A stretch of 59,033 nt of DNA, counting the filler, from Sphacelaria rigidula (taxonomy: Eukaryota), in NCBI GenBank assembly GCA_964200075.2. It is 8 parts of 8 records of this genome, joined end to end, with 100 filler letters (N's around TTAATTAATTAA, not from the genome) between each part and the next. Parts side by side here need not be neighbours in the genome. Positions count along the whole stretch, not along the records: positions 7,393 to 14,684 come from CAXNAA020015592.1; positions 14,785 to 22,076 come from CAXNAA020015593.1; 6 more parts are not named here. The stretch is one strand, 5' to 3'. A program made the translations under genes and the position numbers. Shown here piece by piece: positions 11,162 to 22,176 of this stretch. The first letter of the stretch is position 1. Each line of letters starts with the position of its first letter. The notes beneath the pieces are model-generated. The model did not search any database. It was not told the origin of the DNA and worked only from the letters and a program-made list of their open reading frames with translations.

Positions 11162-11669
11162 GTGCTCCTGTTTCTCAACAGTATCAACCCACTATCAAAC
11201 CTTTGTGCCCCACAGCCTACGCTTCGATTCTCTTGGGCGAGAGATGCCACATATCGACCCTGGATGATGACCACTGCAAGTTCGTTCGTAGCAGCTGCTT
11301 TTTGCTGTCAGGCAGTCCGACCCAGCACATAGTTATACACGTATGCATGCCCATACACATCTACAATAGCAGTACCGGGACTGTCTCTATGGTGGCATTT
11401 TTTTTAATTTCTTGTCCCCTCCTCCCTCTTTTTTTCTGCTTTTTTTAGTATTTGCATGAGAGTGTGTGTCTTTCTTGTTTTGTTTTCGTCTTGTTCCTCG
11501 TTATCCTGCTTTACTTCGTCCTCTCTCCATCTCTATTTTCGTGTCCCCCCCTAGTCGAGCTTCCTTCGGCGAGTTTTTCCGTTCTCATGTTCATGTGGAT
11601 GCGTTAAGATTGCGACGATGGATGTTGTATACACGGCAGGAGTCCTAGGGGGTCAGCTAATGTGCGAAA

Positions 11670-12070
11670 ATCAATCAATCGAATCAATCAAACCAACCAA
11701 TCAATATAGTCGCGATTTGGCTACCACAAATCACGCAATATGTGTCGTAATTCACGGAGGGAGGCTGGTGACCTATAACATCGGAGCTGTTGGCATTCAA
11801 GGGCAACCAAGCCGATAAAATCGTTCCGAAAATGCGGTCTCCGCCTTTAGAGGTAAGTTCCACACAAGGAGTGCTAGAGTGTGATGATCCCCTGCTCCTT
11901 GATCGGTGATTTGAAGAAGAAGGCAACCTGCTACGTGCCACAGAAGCACTTGCCCTGTCCACGCCCTCTGGGAAGCCAGAATAATGCTGATCATTTTTCA
12001 GGACCCCGAAAAAACGCTCTCTGGTCGAGTTACGATCTCTGGTGTCTCCCGTGGAATACGGTGTATACCA
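11670..12070 (-). mobile_element. Decayed RTE-type LINE 3' end with a (TTGA)n-like tail
   Basis: (CAAT)n tract at 11670-11705 on +; minus-strand frames give GDTRDRNSTRERFFGVL, HVAGCLLLQIT..GDH and GGDRIF...AW, resembling an RTE C-terminus with frameshifts. Confidence 0.5.
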
Positions 12071-12589
12071 CATCGGAGTAATGACTATGTGGAATCCGAA
12101 ACGTCATTACCCAGACGCTGCTGAAGAGGTGAGGGGTGGAGGAGTCGACCGAGCATCAAAGAGATTTTCGCTCTGCGTACTTTCTGTGCCTCTTGTGTGC
12201 TCGTATTTTTTGCATGGTGGGGGTGAGCCCGCGGGGTGATCTTCTGTGTTTTGATCGCAGATCTGAAAAGAAGGGCAAATGTGAAAATGGACAAGAGAAT
12301 GTTCATATAGCAAGTTCACCTAACGCCCGCCTGCTCCCCCTTTTTGAAAGCGGAGTACGCGCTGAGATACGCTTTGCTATGCCGTAGGTACAGATACACC
12401 AGCGTGGGTGTTAAACGAAGTATGTGTACAGTAGTGGGCGGTCTAACTATTTTAGGGTGTTTCGGGGTTTCCCTCGCGTACTACTCTTCGATAAAGCTCG
12501 AAATTGCTAGCGTTGGTAGATATTGGTACAACACAACAGATCATCCTCGAAACACAGTGCCCCTGTCAGTGTATTTGGTGTTATCGGGC

Positions 12590-12950
12590 GAGACGAGTAA
12601 ATACCCCGTTCATCATGAGGGTGTTATCGACCGTGAAACACAGTTTTGCGGCCCTAGCGCAATGAATAGGCACAATTTCAAAAAAACGAAACTGTACATT
12701 TCTTCACAAATATGATCAAGAGGAGCTTGATCGGCCGAAAATACAGAAGAGTAAGAATCTGGGCTGAAACGTGGCAGGACCCTCGATGACTGGTCAGCCC
12801 GTAAGTCACTCAATATTGAGTGCAGATGATTTTAGCTTCTTGGAATGTGGAGCTGATACAAATATCTTCAGATCCCCGATGCGATAAGCGGTGGTAAGGG
12901 AGAAGAGCCGAAGAAAATCGCCAATCACGAAAACTCACAAAATGCCACAA
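12590..12950 (+). repeat. Interspersed repeat, homologous to 48340-48715
   Basis: Shared blocks aaacacagttt..ggccctagcgcaa, ggtca.cccgtaagtc..tcaatattgagtgcag, ggaatgtggagc and aaatcgcc.a.cacg. Confidence 0.8.
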
Positions 12951-13583
12951 AATCAATAGTTAGACCCCCCCACTACTGTACATCTATCATATTGCGGGTA
13001 TCATACCGACTATAGGTTTACCGTAGGTGCTACGACGAGTGAATCATTCGAGCAATAAATATTGATAATCTGTATTCAGGATTTTGTGGTAAACTTGCGG
13101 TGGACACACCTCAAACGTTTTGCCCTTGAAAATGTCCCGTCGAGATATTTGGATAAACGCAATCGTGTGGTGGTGCGGAGCCTGGTCCATAGGTGAAACC
13201 GAGGTCATTTTTATTTTCAATTACCGCCGGGTCCATATCTTCTTTCGCGCTCAAGGGTATATGCAACTTGAATTCTAACGCGTCGCTTCGTGGTTTTGTT
13301 GCTGAAAAGCACCACCGAATTTTTTATTACTATAGTCAAAAGTAGGCTGCGGGTGTGCTGAACCACTTCAATCTTCGGTAGCAAAATCCAGAACGGGTGC
13401 CCGGCGACAGATGAGCCAATCCCTTGAAAGCAAGGATTGGCCCTGTGGAAGACGGGGATGGTCATAGGTACAGTATAACCGCTGGGAGTCACTGCTGTCA
13501 ACACTGCGACGGTGGTTGAGGTATCTAGGGTACTGGTGGGGTCGTGTACGGCTCAGTATTTTCGTTATCCTGGAGTACTCAAC

Positions 13584-13939
13584 GCCGATCGCCCCGGTGG
13601 CTCAGTTGGTAACCTCGAGCCATTCTGACGGTTGGGACGTGGTTTCGGATCTCTCGGGGCGGTTACACGATCTGGGCTTTTTCCTCGAGTCATGCCCAAC
13701 ACTGGAGAGTGACGATGTCGTGGGTGCGCAACGGTCGACTTCACGGTCGACGAGGGAAAGGGGCCACCGAACCCTTTTCTCGCGAAAATAAGACAGGCAA
13801 GCACCACAGAAGGGAGGTGACGTACTAAAACCAAATAAAAATGGTAAACTTCTGTGTGTTGACCCTCCTCCTGTGTGACCCCGGTTGATGCACCTACATA
13901 TATCGATAAAGCATGTTGACTGGCGACGACACATACAAC
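13584..13939 (+). mobile_element. tRNA-derived SINE, copy 1
   Basis: A box TGGCTCAGTTGG (13598-13609), degenerate B box GTTTCGGATC; body colinear with 33701-34179; ends in gacgacacatac. Confidence 0.85.
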
Positions 13940-14684
13940 TCCGTATCTTCGGGAGTCCATGCCCCACGCGCCCTGTATTGCTCAGTATTTGTGGCGCTCC
14001 ATGCCTTAGATGAACTTGAGTGCTGAGTATTCGTGACAGTCGATGCTTCACGTACTCTGGTATGCTCGAGATTTTCTTGCGATAGTCGATATTCGGGAAT
14101 CCTGAAATGTTAAATGTACCAGTATCAGTGTTCTTACTTGTATATTTATCGTTTTTGTTTAGTGTCCCTTCTCCATTATATTCTATCTCTCCCTCCCTGC
14201 CCTCGTCTTCTCCCTTTCCCGAGTTTCGTTTAGCGAGTTTTTCTTCCGTTTTGTTTACGTTGGGTGGGTACATACGGTTTTCTTGTGACCGCGGCTGGAT
14301 CGCTGGGGAGTCAGGTAATGTGCGGCAGTCAATCAACGAATCAACCCATTCGTCAGTCGAATCAGTCCATGCCCGACTCTCAATGTTTTGCAGTGGATAG
14401 ATACCGTCGGTACACTGGCTTACTGGTATTGCAAGTACCCTAAAAACGCAGGCTACCCCCCCCGTTGCGATACCTTTTACAGTCCATGTATTAATGAAAT
14501 AGACAGTCTCTCCTCCTCCCACTGATTTTGATATTCTTCAAGGAGTTGCACAAGTATGTACGTCATCACCCACCTTTTTCAAGGTATTTGTTGATAATGA
14601 CCTAATGATAAAATACTTCCTCTGTCCCATAAGTAAAGTCCGTTATGTTTATACGAGCCCTTAACGGTGTCCGATTTGATTTTC

Positions 14685-14784
14685 NNNNNNNNNNNNNNNN
14701 NNNNNNNNNNNNNNNNNNNNNNNNNNNNTTAATTAATTAANNNNNNNNNNNNNNNNNNNNNNNNNNNNNNNNNNNNNNNNNNNN
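14685..14784. other. Artificial contig linker
   Basis: N44-TTAATTAATTAA-N44. Confidence 0.99.
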
Positions 14785-14856
14785 GTGTTGTGGTGGTTGT
14801 GGGTTGGGTGGGGGGGGGGGGGGGGGTTGTGTTGTGTGTTTTGGTGGGTGGGGGGT

Positions 14857-14896
<40 letters not shown>

Positions 14897-15983
14897 ATCT
14901 GCATGTTCTGTAGCACTGCTGCCAATCGAGTACTCATACAGTAAGTATCTCCGTTGTTTTCTCGCATGTGCGGTGCGAAGATCTTCGAGGGCTGGAATGC
15001 GTGAATTGATTGATGAGAAATGGGTACAATTTTGAATTTTGCTGCGATAACCCTGCGCCTATGACGGTGTTGTACCACCGTTTCGATCCGCTTGGAGATG
15101 ATGAGCGCGAGCGCTATCTAACCTCCATGAATTGTCTTTCATACGATTTGTTTTGGCGGAAGAATCAATCTTTCAGTGCATCCTGAGGTCTAGATGTCAA
15201 AAGTCTTCGGGGGGTGGGCCCCTTGATGTGGCACCACCGGTGGGTGCACAGGCGGTAGCCAAGGGAACGGGAAACTTAATGGGCCAGAAAGGCGTGTGCT
15301 GTGTGTACGCGCAAGGCGTGAGGCATTGATGTGATCACACATGATGTTATGGACACGTACATTGTCACCGAGTAGTATTGTGGAATCTTGCAGATTTATG
15401 ATTTCGGTGCGGTATTGGCAACAGTGAAAGTAGTGCAGAGGGGCGTGTGGCGTTATCATCATACGACGGGCAGCAAAATATTGATTGGCCGAACGCAATG
15501 CCGCCACAATGTGTTACTCGCCAAATACCAGATGTCGTAGCTATCGCTCTCATTTTTTGCCTCTCCGAATCGTCGACGAGGAAAGCGTGCTGCTGCCGTC
15601 AACACTACTCACACTTCGGACGTAACCCCCTCGGTTTAACGTGTTGCAGCATGCATCGCATCGCATCGCATCGCAAGCTGCGTCCATGAGTTTCATCCTC
15701 CTCCATACGCCTCACTTTTGACTCTCGTATTTACCCGTATACTACTTGCAATTGCTTCACTTCGTGATAGCGTTCAAGAAAAGGGAACAGAGCCTGCAGT
15801 ATCTGCTCTCCACGGGAAATATCACACGCAGGGGGACTGTACGAGTTAAAATAAAGTCCTAGCTTGTATGTCGCAGTCAAGTGATGACACGTTTTACATA
15901 CGCACATTTATGTATATCCTGATCAAAATACGGAACGCATTCACGAGAAAAATAACGAATTGACGACTTCCCCCACTACTGAG

Positions 15984-16505
15984 CTACGACGAATTTTCCT
16001 TGTCAACTTGTACTCTCGTCGCGGAAATGACCAGCTCCTCAGGATTGAGAGCCCCCCCGCCGCCGTCAGCACACCCCTGGCGCAAGATCGACGAATGCGC
16101 GCCGGGGGGGGCGGTGGACCCCGCGGAAGGCCGCCGCCCGCCACCGCGGTTAAGACTGTTTGCGGACCATGTGCGAGTCGAATTTGCCCTACCCCACCCG
16201 TCTGGCGACACCGGCTGGCTCCCCGCCGGATCTGGGTAGGGAGCGGTGCCGCTCCTGCCCGGGTTATCGTTATTTCCCCAGGAAGCACCGAGCAAAGATG
16301 AAGTGGGCGGCGCTGATCCTTCTACTCTACCGCCAAGGCCGCCCGTGGTGCTGTCGCGAGGACGGTGTCCGCAACCGCCATCGCCTGCTTCGATGGCTCG
16401 CAGGCGCTCGCGCAGCATGTGCGTCTCTGCGCGCTGCAGTTGCAGTTGTCGATCTTTTTCATCCAACTCGCGCTCTAGCCGCAGAGTTCCGCCTGTTAAA
16501 CAGGC
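15984..16505 (-). CDS. CFAP57: CFAP57/WDR65-like coiled-coil protein, terminal exon
   Basis: CAG acceptor (plus-strand ct at 16506-16507), phase 0; ACLTGGTLRLERELDEKDRQLQLQRAETHMLRERL resembles the CFAP57 final coiled coil (LDEN..EIEMQ..EI..LREQ); stop at 15984-15986. Confidence 0.68.
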   Translation of the reverse strand, partial: ACLTGGTLRLERELDEKDRQLQLQRAETHMLRERLRAIEAGDGGCGHRPRDSTTGGLGGRVEGSAPPTSSLLGASWGNNDNPGRSGTAPYPDPAGSQPVSPDGWGRANSTRTWSANSLNRGGGRRPSAGSTAPPGAHSSILRQGCADGGGGALNPEELVISATRVQVDKENSS

Positions 16506-16771
16506 CTGCGTTTTTTTCCGCGGTAGTTCGCATGTCGATTTTTTTTTTTTGCGGTTGGGGTAATGGTGGGAAGGTGAAGCGCAAGAAGACGGTTTGAGTG
16601 CAGTGGTCACAGTGTCTCATTTAAGATCGTCCTTGTTCGCCCAAGATGGCAGGCATACGTGAGACTAAGAGGACCTCGCGCTGGAACACCTGCTGTCTAG
16701 CTGGTAATGGCTGGGCTGGTGTTTTACTGTGAGACGCACAACGAGGTCTTCATATGCACGACTTCACAACC

Positions 16772-16978
16772 TGTAATGCGTGAGAGGACCGCGTGTTCAG
16801 AGGACCGCGCCGTAGTTCAAAACACCTCAGGATCGACGTTTTTCGAAATCAATCGGGCCAGTCCCTACAGGTACCACGCCCCTGACCCTAACCCTAACCC
16901 TAACCCTAACCCCAACCATAGGGGTGTTCGAATTCCGATGCGGTCCTCTAAGCACGCGGTCCTCTCACGCATTATACA
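16772..16978. mobile_element. MITE family B, copy 2, with (CCCTAA)n, in a CFAP57-like intron
   Basis: ~37-bp TIR TAATGCGTGAGAGGACCGCGTG.T.AGAGGACCGC; run of CCCTAA repeats at ~16880-16918; colinear with 2612-2822. Confidence 0.9.
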
Positions 16979-17429
16979 ATCACCCACACCAGGTGTGGTG
17001 GTTTGTAGAGCTCTACGAGTACTTGGTTAAAGCGGCGTAAATCAGTCGGTTGTGAGAGTAATTTCAGGCACGCAATGACCCCCGCCTGTTGTTGCAGATG
17101 TATCCGCTTTGATACCGAGGAAATATTTTCATACTTATCGCATGAGACAGTAGACTCGCAAGGTAACACGACCATCCTCCATCGCGCGTGGTTCTAACGG
17201 CACCGGTGAAGGTCCCAGTGTCACCTGGGAGGTGTCACTGGAACGTGACATGGCACCTGAGGCGCCACTCGCGCGTATTAGCGGCACCTTGGCACGTCTA
17301 GTGGGCCGCCCCACAGGCACGTCGCACAGACACCTCTGACTTATTCCTGAAGAGCGTGTCTTCAAGATGAAGCCGTGAGCAAACGCATTGCCTTCAGATC
17401 TATTGGGAAGCCTTGCATAATCGTGTATC

Positions 17430-17750
17430 CTCCGCGTGGGATATCTATCTGGGATGTCTATCTGATATATTTTGGGCATCCATCCATCTCGGATGTCTAT
17501 AGAGGATCAGATCTGAGATGCCCATGTGGGATATGGACATCCATCCGCGGTATGAGCGTCCATCGAGGTATTTCAGACTTGAGGTTTCCGGTATATTTGA
17601 CAGTGATCAACTGTAAAAGATACTGGGACGCTTGAGTTTGAGATACCTCTCATATCCTAGGTAGAGATCCCAGATGGATGGAGATCACAGGTGCATGTCG
17701 TTATCTGTAACAGAGACGGATATTCTAGATAAATGGGCATCATACCCCAG
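17430..17750. repeat. Degenerate GGGAT(A/G)TCCCA / CCCAGATGGAT repeat family
   Basis: Recurring gggatatc, catccatc and cccagatggat motifs; related tracts at 42410-42760 and 43170-43470 (opposite orientation). Confidence 0.6.
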
Positions 17751-17889
17751 AAGAAGGTCGCACGAAATGCAAGAATTCCTGATGAAGCGCAACGCAACGC
17801 GTTTGTTCGTGGTGTTGCTGACACTCGCTTCAGGAAGCTCGAGATACGAAATGAGTGATGAGAATTGTGCTAGATGAGGATACATTGCA

Positions 17890-18455
17890 AGATTGTGTTC
17901 TGTAGGATACGGGTATGTTCTGTAGGGTACGGGATTCCTCACATAACTTACAGAAATATCGGGTACCGGTATCAAAGTCTTACAGACATGACACAACTGT
18001 CGAGTACCGGTTTGAAAGTCTTACGCAAATTACAGAACTTGTCGGGTACGGTACGGGAGGCTTACAGAAAACCCTACCGGCAATCGGGTAATTCTTTTAG
18101 GGCATACCCATGCTCCAGGTACGGGCACACATTATCCACAGAACTCACAGAACGGTCGGGCAAGGGTTTGGGAAGCGTACAAACTCACAGAAACTCTCGG
18201 GCAGGGTATGCTGGCTGCACAGAAAACCGCACCCGCAACCAGGTATCTTATCAAGAGCATATCCGTGTCCCCGGCAACGGTAACGGTACGAGAGGCTCAC
18301 AGAACTCACAGAACTATCGGGTAAGGGTATGAAGGTCTTCCAGACTTCACAGAACTGTCGGGTACCGGTATGAAAGTGTCGGGTACGGTAAATACCCGGG
18401 AAATATCCGGGAAATATCCGGGGTTTACAGAAAACCGTACCCTACAGAGCACAAC
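17890..18455 (+). repeat. Complex tandem array of ACAGAACT...TCGGGTAC(C/G)GGTA motifs
   Basis: Many copies of acagaa(ct) and tcgggtac(c/g)ggt with irregular ~30-60-bp spacing; rc copy at 9160-9450. Confidence 0.85.
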
Positions 18456-19120
18456 CTTGATATATTGAGTCGGACTGCCGGCAAGGCGAAACGTCAAACC
18501 TTTGGTTGTTATGTCAGAACATTCCGCGCTCCTGCAAGCACATATTTTGCAGGATAGTTTGAAAGAGCAGGCAGGGCGCCTAGCGAACATCACCGTCGAG
18601 AACTCATTGACTTCGCCGTATATACACATGATCGACGTGCTAAGGCTATGATACTCCGAGGGTAATATATCACCAGACAGACGGTCGTTACCTTGTCGCA
18701 CACCATATCGTACAAGTCTAGCTACTCAGGATACGCCATTCAGTTACCGTCTAAGGACAACGAAGACAAAGCTGATCGCCGGGTAGCCTGAAAGTATTAT
18801 CTGTCAAATTGTATTGAAAACTTGGATCACCTACGACATTCTTGGAAGTATGACTATTGTGCCCTCACCTTTATCCAGGCCCGGGTCTTTACGGTGTGTA
18901 TAAAGGCATTGATCAGTAGTCAGGCCACAGATGGGATAAAATTGAGTATACGTTGAAAACGGCACCCGCAACGCATGTATGTTTACAATAGCTTAGCCTG
19001 TGCTTTTGTCGGGAAGCATCGTTCACCTGCCGTCTGCGGTCACAACAGAGTCATTTTCATATCTTGTTCTACGTACAGCTCGGGGCGGGGGGCACTCTAA
19101 GTCACAGCTCATGGACGTAC

Positions 19121-19693
19121 CTGCGCGTGCAAATCTCGGGTACCGCCCTTGACTAGACGCGCGCTCGCCGAGACCGGTGTCAGTAACGCCCCCGTCGCTC
19201 TCGAGCGCCCCGGCGTACTCAAGGCCCCGCCGCTTGTCCCCTTCCGCCTCACCGCGGAAGCAGCGGTAGACGTTCGCGCGTTGTTTGCGTGCACCCCCAC
19301 CCCCCCTAGCGCTTGATGTTGGCGATGCGCTAACGGCTTCTTCTGCCGGTGCTGGGAGGACTGCATGAGGAGGTTAAGGGAAGCCGTCGACGACGGCGCC
19401 AGTGACTGCGAATGCATTGAATCGGTGATCCCTGTTGGTGGTGTTACTGGGGTAGCTAGTGCCGCCTCTGATCGCGAAAGTTGTAAAAGCTGCGGTGATT
19501 TTGACAGTGCACGGCGGCTGCTGCTGTTGCCATCACTGCTGATGCTGTTGTAAACCTTGTTGTCGTTATCGTCGTTATCGCCATTGTTGTTGTTGTTCCT
19601 ACTGGGGGACGCGGGAGCAGTACGTGACTTTCCAGCGTCGGGATCCCACGCGGCAGGCGCTGACGGAAAGCTAGACGGTGAGCTCGTTTCCGG
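19121..19693 (-). CDS. CFAP57: CFAP57/WDR65-like protein, low-complexity internal exon
   Basis: CAG acceptor (ct at 19694-19695), GTACGT donor (ac at 19119-19120); 191 open codons, phase 0 on both sides; ends ...RLVKGGTRDLHAQ. Confidence 0.72.
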
Positions 19694-20035
19694 CTGCGAG
19701 TATCAACACGGGCGGTCTGTAATGTATGTCATCACTGCGTTCACACATTTATTAATCCATTCATGCATGCAGTCCTTCTCTTGGGCTTCTCGAGTGGAAC
19801 TTTGAACACACCTATTGAGAAACTACTGTCGGGTACATGTAGAAAAGAAATGGGAGCTACACACCTTAGTTAGTTCAGTTGCAAGCTAGATCAAGCGAAG
19901 TCCTTTCAAGACGGGCAGGAAAAGATTATACAGCTCAACGAAAGTAAGCATAAATATAGTGGCACGGAACGCGAAATATCAATCTAAAATAGCCAAAAAA
20001 CGCTTCAAGAGAGAGAGGGGGGGGAGGGTCCTTAC

Positions 20036-20386
20036 CGCTTGCACTATCGTGACGGACGCCGATTCTTCTTCTGATGCGTAGTTTGTGGACAAGTTACAAC
20101 TACCGCCGACAATCCCACGCCCTCCCATCCCCCCATCCCCCCTTTGTGCCCCGTGTTCCCTATTGAAGCCCTCCCCGTCCGTAACCCCGGCCGTCATGGC
20201 GCCTCGGGGCCCTGCGAGAGCACCGCTAGGTCGCGGGGGTTGCCGCCGCAGCGATGGGGCCAGCCGAGCAGCCAGTTCCTTGGCGTCAAGCTGCAGAATC
20301 TCGTTCTTGCGCTTAAGGTTGTTGTTTTCCTTCCTGAGAGAGTTGCATTCGGAAATCAATGCGCTGTTTTCGTGTAGCTTGGCGCG
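20036..20386 (-). CDS. CFAP57: CFAP57/WDR65-like protein, coiled-coil exon
   Basis: CAG acceptor (ct at 20387-20388), GTAAG donor (ac at 20034-20035); 117 codons; RAKLHENSALISECNSLRKENNNLKRK fits the CFAP57 EN..LI.E.N.LR.E motif. Confidence 0.75.
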
Positions 20387-21399
20387 CTGTGCAGATGGAT
20401 GGACAGGTGTGAACCGAGAAGGCGCATTGCGAGGGAGGGTTAGGAGGGGGTCAGGGGGGGGGTCGGTGTCAAGTGAGATGATACGGGAGTGCACGCATAT
20501 ATGTGTGCATGCTGGTTGTTATTATGCACTAGTGGGTATGCGTATATTTTGTTGAACCGCAGTGACGTCAACTGAAGGATTCACTTAGACCCCCACCATT
20601 TTTGTACTAAACGCGGGAAGACATTCCTCGTAGTTCAAAGGACAAGGACCGGAGCCTGGCGTCAATCTCCGCCTACGGAGTACCCGGCATCAGTCCCTCT
20701 TCCGCATCTCATGATCCTCGACGCCAGTCTCCCCTCTTTTCTTAGTTCTGAGCATAGCTAAAACAGTTCTTATCCCAATACTCTCAGTGAAAGCCCTTCA
20801 TTCAAAATTTCAGGAATATCTCTCATGTAAGTTATATCGTGATAAATTGTTCCCGCAGGACACCAGTAATCAATTTCACATCGAACTAACACTCTCTTGA
20901 CGCCGGAGGTATATGCTCATGCGCCAGATCTTCTTTCCATATTGTTATACTGCACAACAATCACGTGCGATAGTTGTGCAATGAGTACTTCATCATGATC
21001 CACTTTCGCCACCGGATTCCCCATACAAGCCCCCGAATAGCTTGAGGCCGGGTCAGCATAGTCATGCCCCGGCAAATTAGATGTGCGCGAATAGTACTAT
21101 CAAACACACTTATTGTACACTTGCAACATATTTTTCGGTGGGTTTTTCCTTCAATATGACGAACGAGACTTGGAGGGAGGCGTATAAAGCATTCCTAGAT
21201 GTTGAATAGAAATTAAGGTGGCGGGAGCTCATTGTTTGCTGGCGGAGGGTCCTCCCACCAATGTGCGTTTCACGAGCTTGTTACCCCGTGAATCCTCGCC
21301 CCGGGCCTGCGATCAATCATCTCTATTCAATACCGCTACTTCCTGCTGCCTCTGCGTCACATCGCAGGTAAAATTTCAAGTTGGTGGCTTTTGGATGGG

Positions 21400-21710
21400 A
21401 CAGACAAGTAGAAGAAGTGTCATTCTTACCCCGTGTTAAGCACGAGAAAGTCAACTGCGCGCACATGATCCTCAGGATTGCACCCCTACAGGGAGGATGA
21501 GAGCTACCGCATGCGAAGCTTTCACAGTAGTGGGGAGAATGGTGATTTTTGGAATGTATCGGACGAGTAAAACATTCGTCGCTTTTACCGCGTGTTCAGC
21601 ACGAGAAAGTCGACTGCGGCGGACATGATCCTCAGGATTGTTCCGCTACAGAGGGGATGAGAGCTACCAATGCGCGAACTTTCACAGTGGGGGAGAGTGA
21701 AATATTGGTG
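21400..21710 (+). repeat. Tandem duplication of a ~160-bp unit
   Basis: agcacgagaaagtc.actgcg...acatgatcctcaggattg...gatgagagctacc...ctttcacagt occurs at ~21439 and ~21598. Confidence 0.9.
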
Positions 21711-21982
21711 GAGAATGTGAGCCTCTTATGTTACACTTTTCTGTTCGTGTGAGTGAGCGTCAAATGTGACCGAATGCATGCTGCGACCCTTTTGGTGCAA
21801 GACTTGACGAACACTGTAACGGCGCGACACAATTTTGGAAAGCTCGAAAGATACATATTTGTGTCACGCCCAGTCGATGACCTTCAACATGATTCAATAA
21901 CATCCGAGGCCTGAGAGACTTTATCCCAACTGTAAGTGAGGGGCTAGACTCCTACTCGTAACTACACCTGTATTCTCAAAAC

Positions 21983-22076
21983 GGGGGGGGTGGGTGTACT
22001 CATGATCATGATCATGCATGCCATAGTCATAAGACCATTGACCTCGCATCCCTACAAAGCCGGGACGGAGCACGCC
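21983..22076 (-). mobile_element. Poly-C-ending LINE-derived family, copy cut by the contig end
   Basis: rc of ...GGGATGCGAGGTCAATGGTCTTATGACTATGGCATGCATGATCATGAGTACAC(C)n. Confidence 0.85.
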
Positions 22077-22176
22077 NNNNNNNNNNNNNNNNNNNNNNNN
22101 NNNNNNNNNNNNNNNNNNNNTTAATTAATTAANNNNNNNNNNNNNNNNNNNNNNNNNNNNNNNNNNNNNNNNNNNN
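22077..22176. other. Artificial contig linker
   Basis: N44-TTAATTAATTAA-N44. Confidence 0.99.

Noticed and set aside
13584..13660. tRNA gene (also 33701-33775)
   Set aside because: A/B boxes are present, but there is no closed acceptor stem and it continues into a shared repeat body; it is a SINE head
13602..14522. Longest ORF in the track (306 aa, minus strand)
   Set aside because: Runs antisense through a SINE and pyrimidine-rich repeat sequence; no recognisable domain
14785..14895. Poly-Gly/Pro ORFs and G-runs (also 44418-44459, 46770-46930, 58943-59033)
   Set aside because: Low-quality homopolymer sequence next to contig ends or N gaps; the translations are artefacts
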